Shown here: positions 41,996 to 52,310 of the stretch, piece after piece
Position numbering within the stretch: position 1 is the first letter of the stretch
Layout of the letters: each line of letters begins with the position of its first letter
Source: Candidatus Bathyarchaeota archaeon
Lineage (GTDB): Archaea > Thermoproteota > Bathyarchaeia > Bathyarchaeales > Bathycorpusculaceae
Length of the DNA stretch: 64,000 bases
Assembly (NCBI GenBank): GCA_963717465.1
Contig: OY970340.1
Span: 2,112,001 to 2,176,000, forward strand
Direction of reading: 5' to 3'
Made by a program: the position numbers and the translations under genes
Notes under the pieces: generated by a model
The model's input: the letters and a program-made list of their open reading frames with translations, nothing else
The model's database searches: none
Told to the model about the DNA's origin: nothing

Positions 41996-43742
41996 GCAGA
42001 AACGCTAAAAAGAGTTCAAACGATGAACTCCAAGGCAAACAAGGAAAAGTTGAGACTAAAATTGGGGAACCGCGAAAGGTTGCCTTGATTGTTGCATTAT
42101 GTATTATAATTGGTTATGCTGTTTTTTTGAGAGCTTGGCATCTTTTGGATACCAATTATTATTATATTATTGGTCCTAACTCGTTTCTTTACAATAGAAT
42201 GGCTGAACTCATCATATCAGGGGCTCCTCCTCTTCCCATTCCTGAAGTTGCCAGCATCACGAGTACTGGTGGTTCTGGATTAGCTTATCCTCTTGCATAT
42301 ACTGCTTACATATTAGCCTTCATTTTTCACACTTCGACCACGAGTGGACTGGTGTTAGCTGGAGAAATCTTGCCATTAGTGCTAACTGTAGTGACTTTGC
42401 TGATTATGTATTTTGTTGTTTCTAAAACTAATAATCGGCTTGTTGGTGTTTCTTCAGTTCTTGCCATGGCAATTATGCCTTTAGTTTACCTGGTTCAGGC
42501 TTCTGGATATCTTGACAGGGACGCTCTGAGTTTGTTATTAGTTATGGTTGGAGTTTTTGCGTATTACTTCTTGAGAAAGTGGCATTTCAAGCGAGAAAAT
42601 CGTGATTATGGTTGGATTATAAGCGCCATACCTATTTTGAGTATTGAATACTTACTTTTTTCGGAGTGGAATTTTGGAGCATTTATCATGATTGCTATAA
42701 TTAGTGGAAGTTTTACCTCAGAGTTTATTGGCGACTTCCTGAAAGATTTTCTAAAAGGCTATGACAAAAAAGTGTTGCCGTATCTTTTACGAAGCCCAGA
42801 ATTCGTAGTTGCTGGTTTGGAAAAGGTGCCAAATCAGCGCGAGCGGCAATTAAGCAAGTGAATTGGAAGTTATTCGTTCTGATTATCTTGATAAATGTTG
42901 TAGTTGCAATAGTACTTCCCGACCCTTTTTCTCTTGCTACAAATATTGTGGCTCAAAATTTTTCTATAACTCTTGCTTACATAATAGCTGGTTGCCTTAT
43001 CCTGTGTATTCCTTTAGTGATTGGTTTCTTTATACCATTTATAAGAAGGAGTGAGGGAGACATCTTTTGGTTAGGCTGGTTTCTTACCGCACTTATTTTA
43101 TGCTTTCTTAATTCGGAATCACTTATTTTTCTAACACCTGCCGCTGCTGTATTAATTGCCTACGTAATCTGGCCTATTGGAAAATTCAAAACATTACGTT
43201 GGAAAGGAAAAACAGCACTTACGATGTTTATGATCATAGCAATTTTCATATCCATTTCAGCCTACGATGCCCCCCTAACGCAAGGCTCTCCAACCAATAA
43301 CTGGACTCAAGCGCTTGTTTGGTGTAATCAAAATACTCCAGCAAACGCGTCTATTCTAACCTTGCCGAGTTATTCCTATTGGGTTATAGATATAGCGCAT
43401 AGAACGCCCGTCTTTAGTTATTCAGGGCTAAATTCCTCAAAAACAAGCGATTTAGCATTAGCTTACTGTACGAATGATACTAGTACGACAATTCAAATCA
43501 TGAACAAGTATGGAGCGACGTACATTATTTTCTCAACAGATGAAGTTGCAGTTCTTCCACAGTTAACAAAACTGGCGTTTGGCCAATCGTATGGTAATGG
43601 GCAAACAGTGCCTGATAACATGATTAATTCGGTTTATTATCGCTTCGTATTTGGAAATGTTAGCTCTGATGATGGTCTGACCAAGGTTTATTATGCATCG
43701 CAAAATCAACAGGAGGTAGTAGTGTTAAAACTTGAAGCCTAG
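41992..43742 (+). CDS. AglB/STT3-like membrane protein, copy 2, degenerate motifs (frameshift near 42830-42858)
   Basis: Collinear with 22708..24696 (YYYII, GLAYPLAYT, QASGYL.RDALS, ALAYCTNDTSTT). WWDYG is replaced by LPSYS. Confidence 0.8.
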
Positions 43743-43915
43743 TATCAAATTGTGTAATGTTTGGAAGAAAAGAATTATTATGCTTATCAGAGTAAAGTGT
43801 ATAAGTTATTGGATAGGTAATATGTTAAAAGTAGTTCATGCATCGTGCTCGAAGCGTTGTGATTTGTTGCCGTTTGGAAGTGGGTTGGCTGAACTGGTAG
43901 ATGGAGTGAATAAAG

Positions 43916-44530
43916 GTGCCTTATCAGTTTAGTTTTGATATATCTCGTATTTCACGAAAATTGTTTCAGGAAATAGCTCTAATTGCGCAAGAGCGAAAAA
44001 CGCATATGGTAATTGGAGCTAAAACCGTCGCCCTTGCAAAACGGTTAAAACTTCTTGAAATAACAGGCTTAGATGTTACGGAAGCGGCCATTCTTCTCGA
44101 AGATCTGGTCGATATTTTTGCGAAGAATATTTCAGATAGACCATTGTTCGATAAGACGAATAAAAGAGTTCTCTTTCTATCGCATTGTTCAAGAAAATAT
44201 ATGGATAACCAGTGCAAAGCGCAATTTGATCCTAAAAAGACAACTTATGTTTGTGCTCATTGTTCCCCAGATTGCTTGATAAATCAATCGTGCGCACTGG
44301 GTGAAAAGAAAGGGTATGATGTCTATGTTGTTCCGGGAGGATCATGCATTCCTGGAATACTTAAGGCTGGAGGCTATAATGGGGTTGTTGGAGTTGCTTG
44401 TAGTCAAGAACTTAAAATGGCAAGCAATATCGTTGAAAAGATGAATGTTCATGGTCAAGGGATGCCTCTTCTTAAGAATGGATGCTGTAATACGCGGTTT
44501 AGTGTGGACAGTCTTGAAAAGATATTATAG
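43916..44530 (+). CDS. DUF116 family Cys-rich protein, copy 2
   Basis: Near-identical to 19278..19892 over its full length. Confidence 0.85.
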   Translation: MPYQFSFDISRISRKLFQEIALIAQERKTHMVIGAKTVALAKRLKLLEITGLDVTEAAILLEDLVDIFAKNISDRPLFDKTNKRVLFLSHCSRKYMDNQCKAQFDPKKTTYVCAHCSPDCLINQSCALGEKKGYDVYVVPGGSCIPGILKAGGYNGVVGVACSQELKMASNIVEKMNVHGQGMPLLKNGCCNTRFSVDSLEKIL

Positions 44531-44586
44531 GTGGGACATATTATGTATTCAATGGTATTGGAAGAGTGAGGGGGTAAAAGCAAGGT

Positions 44587-45291
44587 ATGGCTCTGAATAA
44601 AGCACTTGCTATTCTAGTCTGCTCTATATTTTTGTTATCAGCAATTGTGATGGTTGCTCCGGTTAAGGCTGCGCCATCGACTGAATCCAGTAGCGTTGCC
44701 AACTTTACTTTAACAGGGTGGGTTTGGGGACTTGATTATGCGCAGGATGGTATTGGAAATGCCACTCTAACTGTAACAAATGGTCAAGTAACTTATAATT
44801 CAAATACTCAGACGTGGAGCTTTAATTTTCCGAATTGCCAATTAACCTTCACCTTCGAAGATTCAACTACTCAAACTCCGGTGTCTCAAACGCTTACGAT
44901 TAACCTGGTGGGTTCTGAAACAGAATCCATTTTCCAACTGGGCGAACTTGATTATCCTACGAGCTCTAGTTTTTCAGGCGTATGGTTAAGTAGCGGTTAT
45001 ATCGCGATTATAGGTTATATTTATCTACCGCCTATCAGTGGTGGAGTTTTAAAATCTGCATCACCCTACTATTTTGCTATGAAGACACCAAATGTTAACA
45101 TTCCATTTTCTACTTCTTATAATAATGGTTTTGCTGGTGGTATAGATTCCATAATTAATAATAGCTTTATTTTAATTGATGAATTTGATAGTCAAGTATA
45201 TCAGCTGCGTGGAGTATTATCAAGCGTTCTATATGAACTGATGGTTCTTTTTTCAGGAGTACGCAACCTTATTACGCCATATATTCCTTAA
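44587..45291 (+). CDS. Secreted protein with beta-rich N-terminal domain and amphipathic C-terminal helices
   Basis: Signal peptide ending PVKA; sequons NFT, NAT, NNS. Confidence 0.8.
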   Translation: MALNKALAILVCSIFLLSAIVMVAPVKAAPSTESSSVANFTLTGWVWGLDYAQDGIGNATLTVTNGQVTYNSNTQTWSFNFPNCQLTFTFEDSTTQTPVSQTLTINLVGSETESIFQLGELDYPTSSSFSGVWLSSGYIAIIGYIYLPPISGGVLKSASPYYFAMKTPNVNIPFSTSYNNGFAGGIDSIINNSFILIDEFDSQVYQLRGVLSSVLYELMVLFSGVRNLITPYIP

Positions 45292-45430
45292 CAAATAACC
45301 TAAAATCCGTAACTTAATTATAAAACTTAAGTTGAAACTTAATATTTAATTTTAGACGTGTGCATAATTTTATATCTTAGCGCTTTTGCATCGCGCGCTT
45401 TCAGCAGTTGTTTTTCTTTTTTCTAAACGT

Positions 45431-45820
45431 TTACAGTAATGCTGTTGCTATCTCGGTCACTATGTGAATTATGAACTTTACTATAGTAACGGTACTCGCA
45501 ATGATAATGGGTATCCCGGTTACAATTCCTCCCGCTAATGTACTGCTGTTTCCAGCGTAATATATTGTATTATTCGCTGCATCAGCTGTCATGGATAGTA
45601 TGGGGCACGTAGATGAAATGTAAGCAGCTATACTTGCTGGGTAGGCCATTACGTAATTCAAGGCTACTAATGAGTTCATTACAAGAACTGATATTTCAGC
45701 AGGGGCATTCGCCATTATGCTCACACCGAGGGCGCTATTCGCAGTAAGTGAATTGCTTCCGATAGTTACTAAGTTGATCGTAAAAGCTATTAAGTCATTG
45801 AGAAAAGCTATTAGTGACGT
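45431..45820 (-). CDS. Small hydrophobic protein, paralog of 46394..46771
   Basis: Frame is open to 45820 (ACG where the paralog has ATG). Same upstream AGGAGGGAAGAATGAAAAA. Confidence 0.8.
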   Translation of the reverse strand, partial: TSLIAFLNDLIAFTINLVTIGSNSLTANSALGVSIMANAPAEISVLVMNSLVALNYVMAYPASIAAYISSTCPILSMTADAANNTIYYAGNSSTLAGGIVTGIPIIIASTVTIVKFIIHIVTEIATALL

Positions 45821-45945
45821 TTTTTCATTCTTCCCTCCTTAGTGCGCTAACCTCTTGCCATTGACCTCGCGTTTGAATATCCAAAAACAAAGCCTATTTG
45901 TTGTGCGCGCGCAAGTCATGAGGATAAAAAATATGGCTCATGATA

Positions 45946-46284
45946 TCAGGAACCTGTTAGAATATACGTTAAGATATTATTCATAACTGCGACGGTATTT
46001 TGTAATACGCCGGCTAAATTACTAGCCAGAGTTTGCCCAGGCGAAGTAAGGGTATTGCCATTAACAAATTGTGCAAGTACAGCATTTGCTAGCGTGAGCA
46101 AATAGTCCAAAAGAATTGTCACTTGCTTAATTAAATATGATGATTCATTAACCAGAATTTGCCCAGACGGAGTAAGGGTATTGCCATTAACAAATTGTGC
46201 AAGTACAGCATTTGCTAGCGTGAGCAAATAACTCGAAAGAATTGCAAATTGCTGATTTAAAGATGTTAAAGCTGCAGTACTCAT
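45946..46284 (-). CDS. Small hydrophobic protein with two 42-aa helix-LTPxG-helix repeats
   Basis: YLLTLANAVLAQFVNGNTLT x2; identical 60-bp blocks at 46045 and 46171. Confidence 0.8.
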   Translation of the reverse strand: MSTAALTSLNQQFAILSSYLLTLANAVLAQFVNGNTLTPSGQILVNESSYLIKQVTILLDYLLTLANAVLAQFVNGNTLTSPGQTLASNLAGVLQNTVAVMNNILTYILTGS

Positions 46285-46393
46285 TTTATTTCACTTCTTG
46301 TTTCTTCTCCGACTTAATAGCAAGTGTTACGAAAAAGGGGAATATTTGATATTTTCATCGGTTAGCGCATGCGCTATCCTTTTTTCTAAATGC

Positions 46394-46771
46394 TTAAATA
46401 ACCGTTGCTAGCCACTTCATTAAAGCGCTTAATACAGTAACGCAATTCCCCACGATACCGCCTATCCCGGTTACAATTCCTCCCGCTAATGTACTGCTGT
46501 TTCCAGCGTAAGCTACTGTATTATTCGCTGCATCAGTTGCAAAGCTGGGAACTGGGCACGTAGATGAAATGTAAGCAGCTATACTTGCTGGGTAGGCCAT
46601 TACGTAATTCAAGGCTACTAATGAGTTCATTACAAGAACTGATATTTCAGCAGGGGCATTCGCCATTATGCTCACACCGAGGGCGCTATTCGCAGTAAGT
46701 GAATTGCTTAGGATAGAGAATAAGCTGGCCAGAAAATTTACTAAGCTATTTGCTAGATCTATTAGAGACAT
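46394..46771 (-). CDS. Small hydrophobic protein, paralog of 45431..45820
   Basis: MSLIDLANSL...; 156-bp block 46554..46709 identical to 45603..45758. Confidence 0.8.
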   Translation of the reverse strand: MSLIDLANSLVNFLASLFSILSNSLTANSALGVSIMANAPAEISVLVMNSLVALNYVMAYPASIAAYISSTCPVPSFATDAANNTVAYAGNSSTLAGGIVTGIGGIVGNCVTVLSALMKWLATVI

Positions 46772-46993
46772 TTTTTCATTCTTCCCTCCTTTCATTTTTT
46801 TAACTCTAACTTGATTAGTTAGAGTTGACACGAATATACTTACATCAAGCTTTAAGTTATAAGCAGTAGGTAGTAACAAACGTAACTAAAGAATTTCCAA
46901 AAAAAATTCACTTTTCAAACTCAAAAAGTGGGATTTATGGCGTTCAACTCGAAAGCAAATTATTTAGCGGTTGAAATGTCACGGAAGGACAAT

Positions 46994-47776
46994 TTAGAAT
47001 TCAGTTTCTTTGCTGATTGCTTTCATAGCCTCTGACTGACGCCCTAAAGCTTTTTGGTTCCTCATTGCCTTCATCATATTGAGCTTTAGTTTAGCTTTCT
47101 GCGGGTTAATCTCACCTCTAGCTATACCCGCATGCATAGCATAAGTAGCGGTTGAACCGAACTCAGTTTCTTTATTACTAAGATCAGCTGCCTTAGCCTC
47201 GCTAACTGTTCCCTTCCCATTATCAAACTTCATCAGAAAAGCTCTCGGCTGCCCATCTGGACCCACAACATCAGAATAGACATACATAAAACTTGTAGTA
47301 AGCGCTGCTTTCATCCATTCTTGATCATTGTTTAACCAATCAGCCATTTTCTGATACCACTCCAATGTTCCAAATTTAAGCCGCATTTGAGTGGATTCCA
47401 TTTGAACAGGCTCTGCTGATGAAGGCTCAATTATGGCAGATTCCGCAAGATCGGGTTCTTTTGGAGTAGGTTCTGCTTGAACAGACTCGCCTTGAAAAGG
47501 CACCGTTAATGTTGGTTCTGTTTTAACAGCTGTTGGTGCAGATTCTGTTTTAACAGGTTCATCCTTTTTAAGCTCCTTTTTTTCTTCAAGGCTCCTTTTA
47601 ACATCACTTAAGGGCTTTTTGAAAATTGCAGTATTATTAACGCGAGTTCCAGATACTGTTGAAAAAGTAGCTATTAATTCCCAACCATCCAATCCAAGTT
47701 GTCTAAACTCTCTTTCATTTTCTTCCTGATACGAGTACGGTTTCAGTTTAAAAAATTTATATTGCCAACCTTTCAA
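46994..47776 (-). CDS. DUF4177-like N-terminal domain, acidic Pro-rich linker and SCP2 (sterol carrier)-like C-terminal domain
   Basis: WQYK...LGLDGWELI...IFKKP; KFGTLEW....D.LNND...GEINP..A.LK. Confidence 0.7.
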   Translation of the reverse strand: MKGWQYKFFKLKPYSYQEENEREFRQLGLDGWELIATFSTVSGTRVNNTAIFKKPLSDVKRSLEEKKELKKDEPVKTESAPTAVKTEPTLTVPFQGESVQAEPTPKEPDLAESAIIEPSSAEPVQMESTQMRLKFGTLEWYQKMADWLNNDQEWMKAALTTSFMYVYSDVVGPDGQPRAFLMKFDNGKGTVSEAKAADLSNKETEFGSTATYAMHAGIARGEINPQKAKLKLNMMKAMRNQKALGRQSEAMKAISKETEF

Positions 47777-48045
47777 GTTAACCCTTCCCCTTTTCTCTAA
47801 TTCCTAAACAGCATATTTCTATTATAACAACTATAAAATTTTTGTTCTTTTTCGCATACGCACGCCAACAACTAAACATCCATCAACAGGCAAATCCATC
47901 TACTTCTCAAAACCACCCAACATCCCCAAAGACCACAATCGCCCCTTTTACCCCTGACAAACGCGCGGTGCGTGCACTACGACGCTTGTTTTATTTTCCA
48001 TCATGAACCTGTACTTGAACCTATACTCTGAAGCAGAGTCCATAA

Positions 48046-48095
48046 GCAAAAAGCAGACTTTTAATCATTTTTAACCATTTTTGGAACAGGCATGC
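48046..48095 (+). repeat. 50-bp dispersed intergenic repeat, copy 2
   Basis: 46/50 identical to 18962..19011. Confidence 0.85.
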
Positions 48096-48186
48096 TCGCT
48101 ACAGCCGTCTAATCCGTAAATCTCTATTTTTCTTCAAGTTTTGAAGTTCATAACACTTATAGTCTTTACAGTTGATATTTTAGCGC

Positions 48187-50601
48187 ATGAGCAATAAAAA
48201 AGCTCACCAAGAGGCAAAACCTCAAACTATCCAGGCAACTTCACCCGTATTGATCGATTCGACAGTTACTGGCAAGAAGGAATGTCTTCACATTTTACAC
48301 GTTGATGATGATGTTTCTCTTCTGGAAGTTTCAAAACAGATACTATCTATGGAGAACAATTTCCAGATTGATACAGCCCTATCAGTTGACGAAGCTTTCA
48401 GAAAAATGGAGAAGCAACCATATGACGTGATTGTTTCCGACTATGAAATGCCTCTAAAAACCGGATTGGAATTTCTGAAAGACCTAAGAGAGCAGAAGAA
48501 TGAAGTACCTTTTATTTTATTTACGGGAAAAGGCAGAGAAGAAGTTGCAGTTAAAGCTTTGAATTTAAGCGCTGACAGCTACATCAATAAAAATGGCTCG
48601 CCAGAAACGGTATATTGCGAATTGACGGATGCTATTAACAAGGCGGCGGAGCGAAAAAAGTCGAGACAGTTACTTACAAAGTCAGAATTAAAGTACCGTA
48701 CACTAGTTGAGAAATCACTCCAAGGAATACTGGTTGCACTACCAAAGCCGCTAAAGTATGTTTTTGCTAACAGTGCGATAGAAAAGATGTTAGGTTATTC
48801 TTCTCAAGAGCTAATGTCGCTTTCGCCCGAAGAAATTATGAGTTTAGTGTATTCTGAGGATAGAACAATTTTCTTTAAGCGCCTGGAAGACCGCTTGAAT
48901 GGTGAACCGGCGAATTCTTGCTATGAGTTTCGTGCAGTCCGCAAAGATGGCTCGATAATCTGGCTAAGTGTACTCTCTGAGAGAGTTGATTATGATGGGC
49001 AGCCAGCCGTGATGGGTATGTTCTTGGATATTACTGAAAGCAGAAAGCATGAGGAGAGTGTGAGAAAAAGTGAGCAGAGGTATCGAGATCTTGCCAACTT
49101 TTTGCCGGGGCTTGTTTATGAATCAGATCTAACTAAGGTTACTTTCGTTAATAAACGAGTTTTCGAAGTGACAGGCTATACAGAGGAAGAGATCAATGAT
49201 GCTATGAATACGCTGGCGTTCATTGCCCCCGAGGACCAAGAAAGGCTGAGGGAAATGTGGGTGAAAACATTGAACCCAGTGATTGAAGAATGCCCTGATA
49301 GAAAAGGCCCTGATAAAAGCCTTGATATTGAATGTGAGTTTACGCTCGTGAAAAAAGACGGCACCAGATATCCTGCGCTTATTATGTCCAGTCCCATTAT
49401 TTCTGAAAACGAACTGACAGGGTTCAGAGGGTTGGTCATAGACATCACAGAACGCAAGAAGGCTGAAGAGAACGTAAGAAAAAGTGAGCAGAGGTATCGA
49501 GATCTTGCCAACTTTTTGCCAGGGGTTGTTTTTGAGAGAGATCTAAACGGGGTTACTTACGTCAATCGACATGCTTTCGAAATGACAGGCTATACGACAG
49601 AGGAGCTCCAATCGGACTCGGACATGATGCTGTTTGTTCTTCCCGAGGATCAAGAAAAAGTAATAGAAAACGTAAAGAAGATACTGATTGCAGAAAATCT
49701 TGGCATTGTCGAGTTTACAATCGTAAAAAAAGACGGCACCACTTTCCCCGCGCTTATCATGATCAGCCCTGTTATTTCTGAAGGTGAAGTGACAGGGTTT
49801 AGAGGCGTGGTCATGGACATCACAGAACGCAAGAAGGCTGAAGAAGCCCTAAATCAGACAATGAATAAGTTGGCGATAGTAAACGAGAAACTCAGAGTTG
49901 TGGGCAGCCTAACTAGGCATGACGTACGAAACAAGCTCTCCATAGTGACTGGAAACGCGTTCTTGCTCAAAAAGAAGCATGCAGATCAGCCGGACATCAT
50001 TGATAGGATTGGCAAAATAGAGCAAGCTAGCAAAGAAATTGAGAGAATTTTAGACTTCGCTAAAATGTATGAGCAACTAGGAGTTGAAGAACTAACATTT
50101 ATCGACGTCGAGGCCAAACTGAAAGAAGCGTATTCTCTCTTTTCCTACCCGCTCCCACAGATAATTAATGAATGCCAAGGATTAACTGTTTTAGCGGATT
50201 CATTTCTAAGACAACTGTTCTACAATTTCATCGATAATACCTTGAAATATGGCAAGAAAACCACAACTATAAATGTATACTTCGAAAAAACTGATCAAGA
50301 CAGCCTAAAACTAGTATATGAAGATGACGGCATAGGAATATCCTTTGAGAATAAAAAGAGTCTTTTCACTGAAGGTTTCAGCACGGGCGGCAGCACCGGC
50401 TTTGGACTATTCTTATCAAAAAAGATGATGGATGTTTATGACTGGAAAATTGAAGAGAATGGTGAGCCGGGCAAAGGCGCAAAATTCACCATGACAATTC
50501 CCAGGTTCAACAAAAACGGAAAGGAAACCTTTCAAATTAAAAGCAAAAACATGATCCTAAGGAATGATGATGCTGTACCACTACGATTGGAAAAAGGCTG
50601 A
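48187..50601 (+). CDS. Hybrid sensor histidine kinase: receiver, 3 PAS domains, HATPase
   Basis: ILHVDDD, VSDYEMP, FTGKG; three DITE-ending PAS/PAC units; RHDVRN, N..KYG, DDGIG, GFGL. Confidence 0.92.
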   Translation: MSNKKAHQEAKPQTIQATSPVLIDSTVTGKKECLHILHVDDDVSLLEVSKQILSMENNFQIDTALSVDEAFRKMEKQPYDVIVSDYEMPLKTGLEFLKDLREQKNEVPFILFTGKGREEVAVKALNLSADSYINKNGSPETVYCELTDAINKAAERKKSRQLLTKSELKYRTLVEKSLQGILVALPKPLKYVFANSAIEKMLGYSSQELMSLSPEEIMSLVYSEDRTIFFKRLEDRLNGEPANSCYEFRAVRKDGSIIWLSVLSERVDYDGQPAVMGMFLDITESRKHEESVRKSEQRYRDLANFLPGLVYESDLTKVTFVNKRVFEVTGYTEEEINDAMNTLAFIAPEDQERLREMWVKTLNPVIEECPDRKGPDKSLDIECEFTLVKKDGTRYPALIMSSPIISENELTGFRGLVIDITERKKAEENVRKSEQRYRDLANFLPGVVFERDLNGVTYVNRHAFEMTGYTTEELQSDSDMMLFVLPEDQEKVIENVKKILIAENLGIVEFTIVKKDGTTFPALIMISPVISEGEVTGFRGVVMDITERKKAEEALNQTMNKLAIVNEKLRVVGSLTRHDVRNKLSIVTGNAFLLKKKHADQPDIIDRIGKIEQASKEIERILDFAKMYEQLGVEELTFIDVEAKLKEAYSLFSYPLPQIINECQGLTVLADSFLRQLFYNFIDNTLKYGKKTTTINVYFEKTDQDSLKLVYEDDGIGISFENKKSLFTEGFSTGGSTGFGLFLSKKMMDVYDWKIEENGEPGKGAKFTMTIPRFNKNGKETFQIKSKNMILRNDDAVPLRLEKG

Positions 50602-51007
50602 TGTAGTGCGTTAAAAAAGAGGAAAAAACTTACCACCAACACAAAAAAGCCGGCACAAGGCAGCGCGCCTTCAAAACAGTCCACTTCAAAAAAAAAAAAC
50701 ATAAAAAAAGCAATCCTGAACAAAAGAAAACTAATTAGTAACTAATTAGCAGCCGACAAATAACCCTAAACCGCTTCCTTAACCATGCAAAAAGTTCAAA
50801 CAACACCACCCATAACCATAAAAAGGTTCAAAACGCACAACGCTTCAAGACTAAGACTAACGCACTTTTGCAAAAACAAGCCCAAATAAACCGTTTTCAA
50901 ACTAAAAAAATTCTTAAAATTGAACAAAAAAGTTCAAAATTCCACTCCACCACACGTGAACAATACCAACCACACAAAAACCATGACCCAAAAACTCACA
51001 GTGGCAT

Positions 51008-51775
51008 TCAGCTTAAACTAAACGACGGTTCAAAAGCAACTGAACTCCAAAGCTTCTCAGCAGCCTCCTCTTGCTCTTTAGACCCAGTAACTAAAAGCCA
51101 AACACATCCCTCAGCACCACATACGCCGCCAGCCGAAAGCAATTCAGCACATGCACCCGTCAACTGATTTATTGCATCAAGTTCAGTAAACACCTCACCA
51201 GCTACAGAAAACAACCGGTAACCACCTGCACCTGGAGAATTCACCTTCTCTGCCAAAGCATTCAAATCACAATCGAGACGCTTCTCAAGGCCAACGGGCA
51301 AAATCAACTTAACTCGACGACCTAAAACCGCAGGCAAAGCAACACCTATAGTTCCAGCTTTCGGATGACCAATCAAAATAGCCGCCTGCTTAAGCCTAAC
51401 GTTCAATGCATTAGCGCCTTTCAAGATAACATCACCTTCCTTAAGCGAATCAACAACATCCATGATTGTTTTGCCTTTTTGCCAAACACCTTTCATTATT
51501 ACAATATCTCCAGGAAATCTGCTTTCATCCCCAAGACGCCCTTCAGATGTTACCGCTTTGCCTGGAGGCAATGTTATTCCACGAAAAAAATGTTGACGCG
51601 AAAAATCATTAACCCCCATAGTTTTCAGTATTTCTTCAGCAACATAACCGTTAGTGGTGCCTGCAACAATAACAACAGTACCATTTCCCAATGCTTTAAC
51701 GACTAAAGGATGTTTAGCTAACGCCTTAGCGATTAACCGTTTACCTGCAGAAGGAGTTACAATAAACTGCTTCAT
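51008..51775 (-). CDS. Conserved hypothetical protein
   Basis: Long ORF with [35 protein letters not shown] motifs. Confidence 0.75.
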   Translation of the reverse strand: MKQFIVTPSAGKRLIAKALAKHPLVVKALGNGTVVIVAGTTNGYVAEEILKTMGVNDFSRQHFFRGITLPPGKAVTSEGRLGDESRFPGDIVIMKGVWQKGKTIMDVVDSLKEGDVILKGANALNVRLKQAAILIGHPKAGTIGVALPAVLGRRVKLILPVGLEKRLDCDLNALAEKVNSPGAGGYRLFSVAGEVFTELDAINQLTGACAELLSAGGVCGAEGCVWLLVTGSKEQEEAAEKLWSSVAFEPSFSLS

Positions 51776-52069
51776 CAAACACTCACCCATCAGTTTAGAC
51801 ACTACTAATATCGACAGTATGCAATAAAAGGTCTATTAGCAAACTACCGTTAACACACTAAAGTTACAAAACCTTAGGCCAACATTTTACCTTTCTCAAA
51901 CAAAACAATCATCAATAAACGCTGATTCTAACAATCCAGATGCTTCAAAGAAGGCTAAAGATCTTAATTAAATAAACCCTAAAATACCACAACGATAAGC
52001 CAACATCTCATATTTTGGCTCATTAAAATCAAGAAATCCAACAAATATGCCTTACAAACCAAGGAATTC

Positions 52070-52240
52070 TTACCATCCTGAAGTTGCATCTTCCCCAGTT
52101 TGATCTAAAGCCTTTTTCTCTTCATCCCCAACATCAGGGGGAATATCTGCTTTTTTGTTGCCTTCTTGAATCGTTTCCTTCTTCTTTTTCTTTTCAATAA
52201 TGGTAAATTGACCTTTTTCTTCACGATTTTTCTTCGTCAT
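52070..52240 (-). CDS. Possible 56-aa charged microprotein
   Basis: MTKKNREEKGQFTIIEKKKKKETIQ...DATSGW*, downstream of the 52311 gene on the same strand. Confidence 0.4.
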   Translation of the reverse strand: MTKKNREEKGQFTIIEKKKKKETIQEGNKKADIPPDVGDEEKKALDQTGEDATSGW

Positions 52241-52310
52241 TTCATTTCAAACCGTACAATCCTTGTTTACTCATCTTATTTAAAAGAATAAAACGCTGAC
52301 ATTCGATTAA

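Noticed and set aside
45431..46771. Small hydrophobic proteins as gas-vesicle GvpA or type IV pilins/archaellins
   Set aside because: No GvpA LDRILDKG-like motif, no clear class III signal peptide cleavage motif and no assembly genes nearby.
18962..48095. 50-bp direct repeats as attL/attR of a 29-kb integrated element
   Set aside because: No integrase or tRNA is present, and the enclosed region holds core genes (dph5, ribK, ribL, acdB).
50602..51007. A/C-skewed low-complexity stretch and ORF 50868..51167
   Set aside because: No motif, periodicity or protein-like composition; it looks like ordinary spacer between convergent genes.
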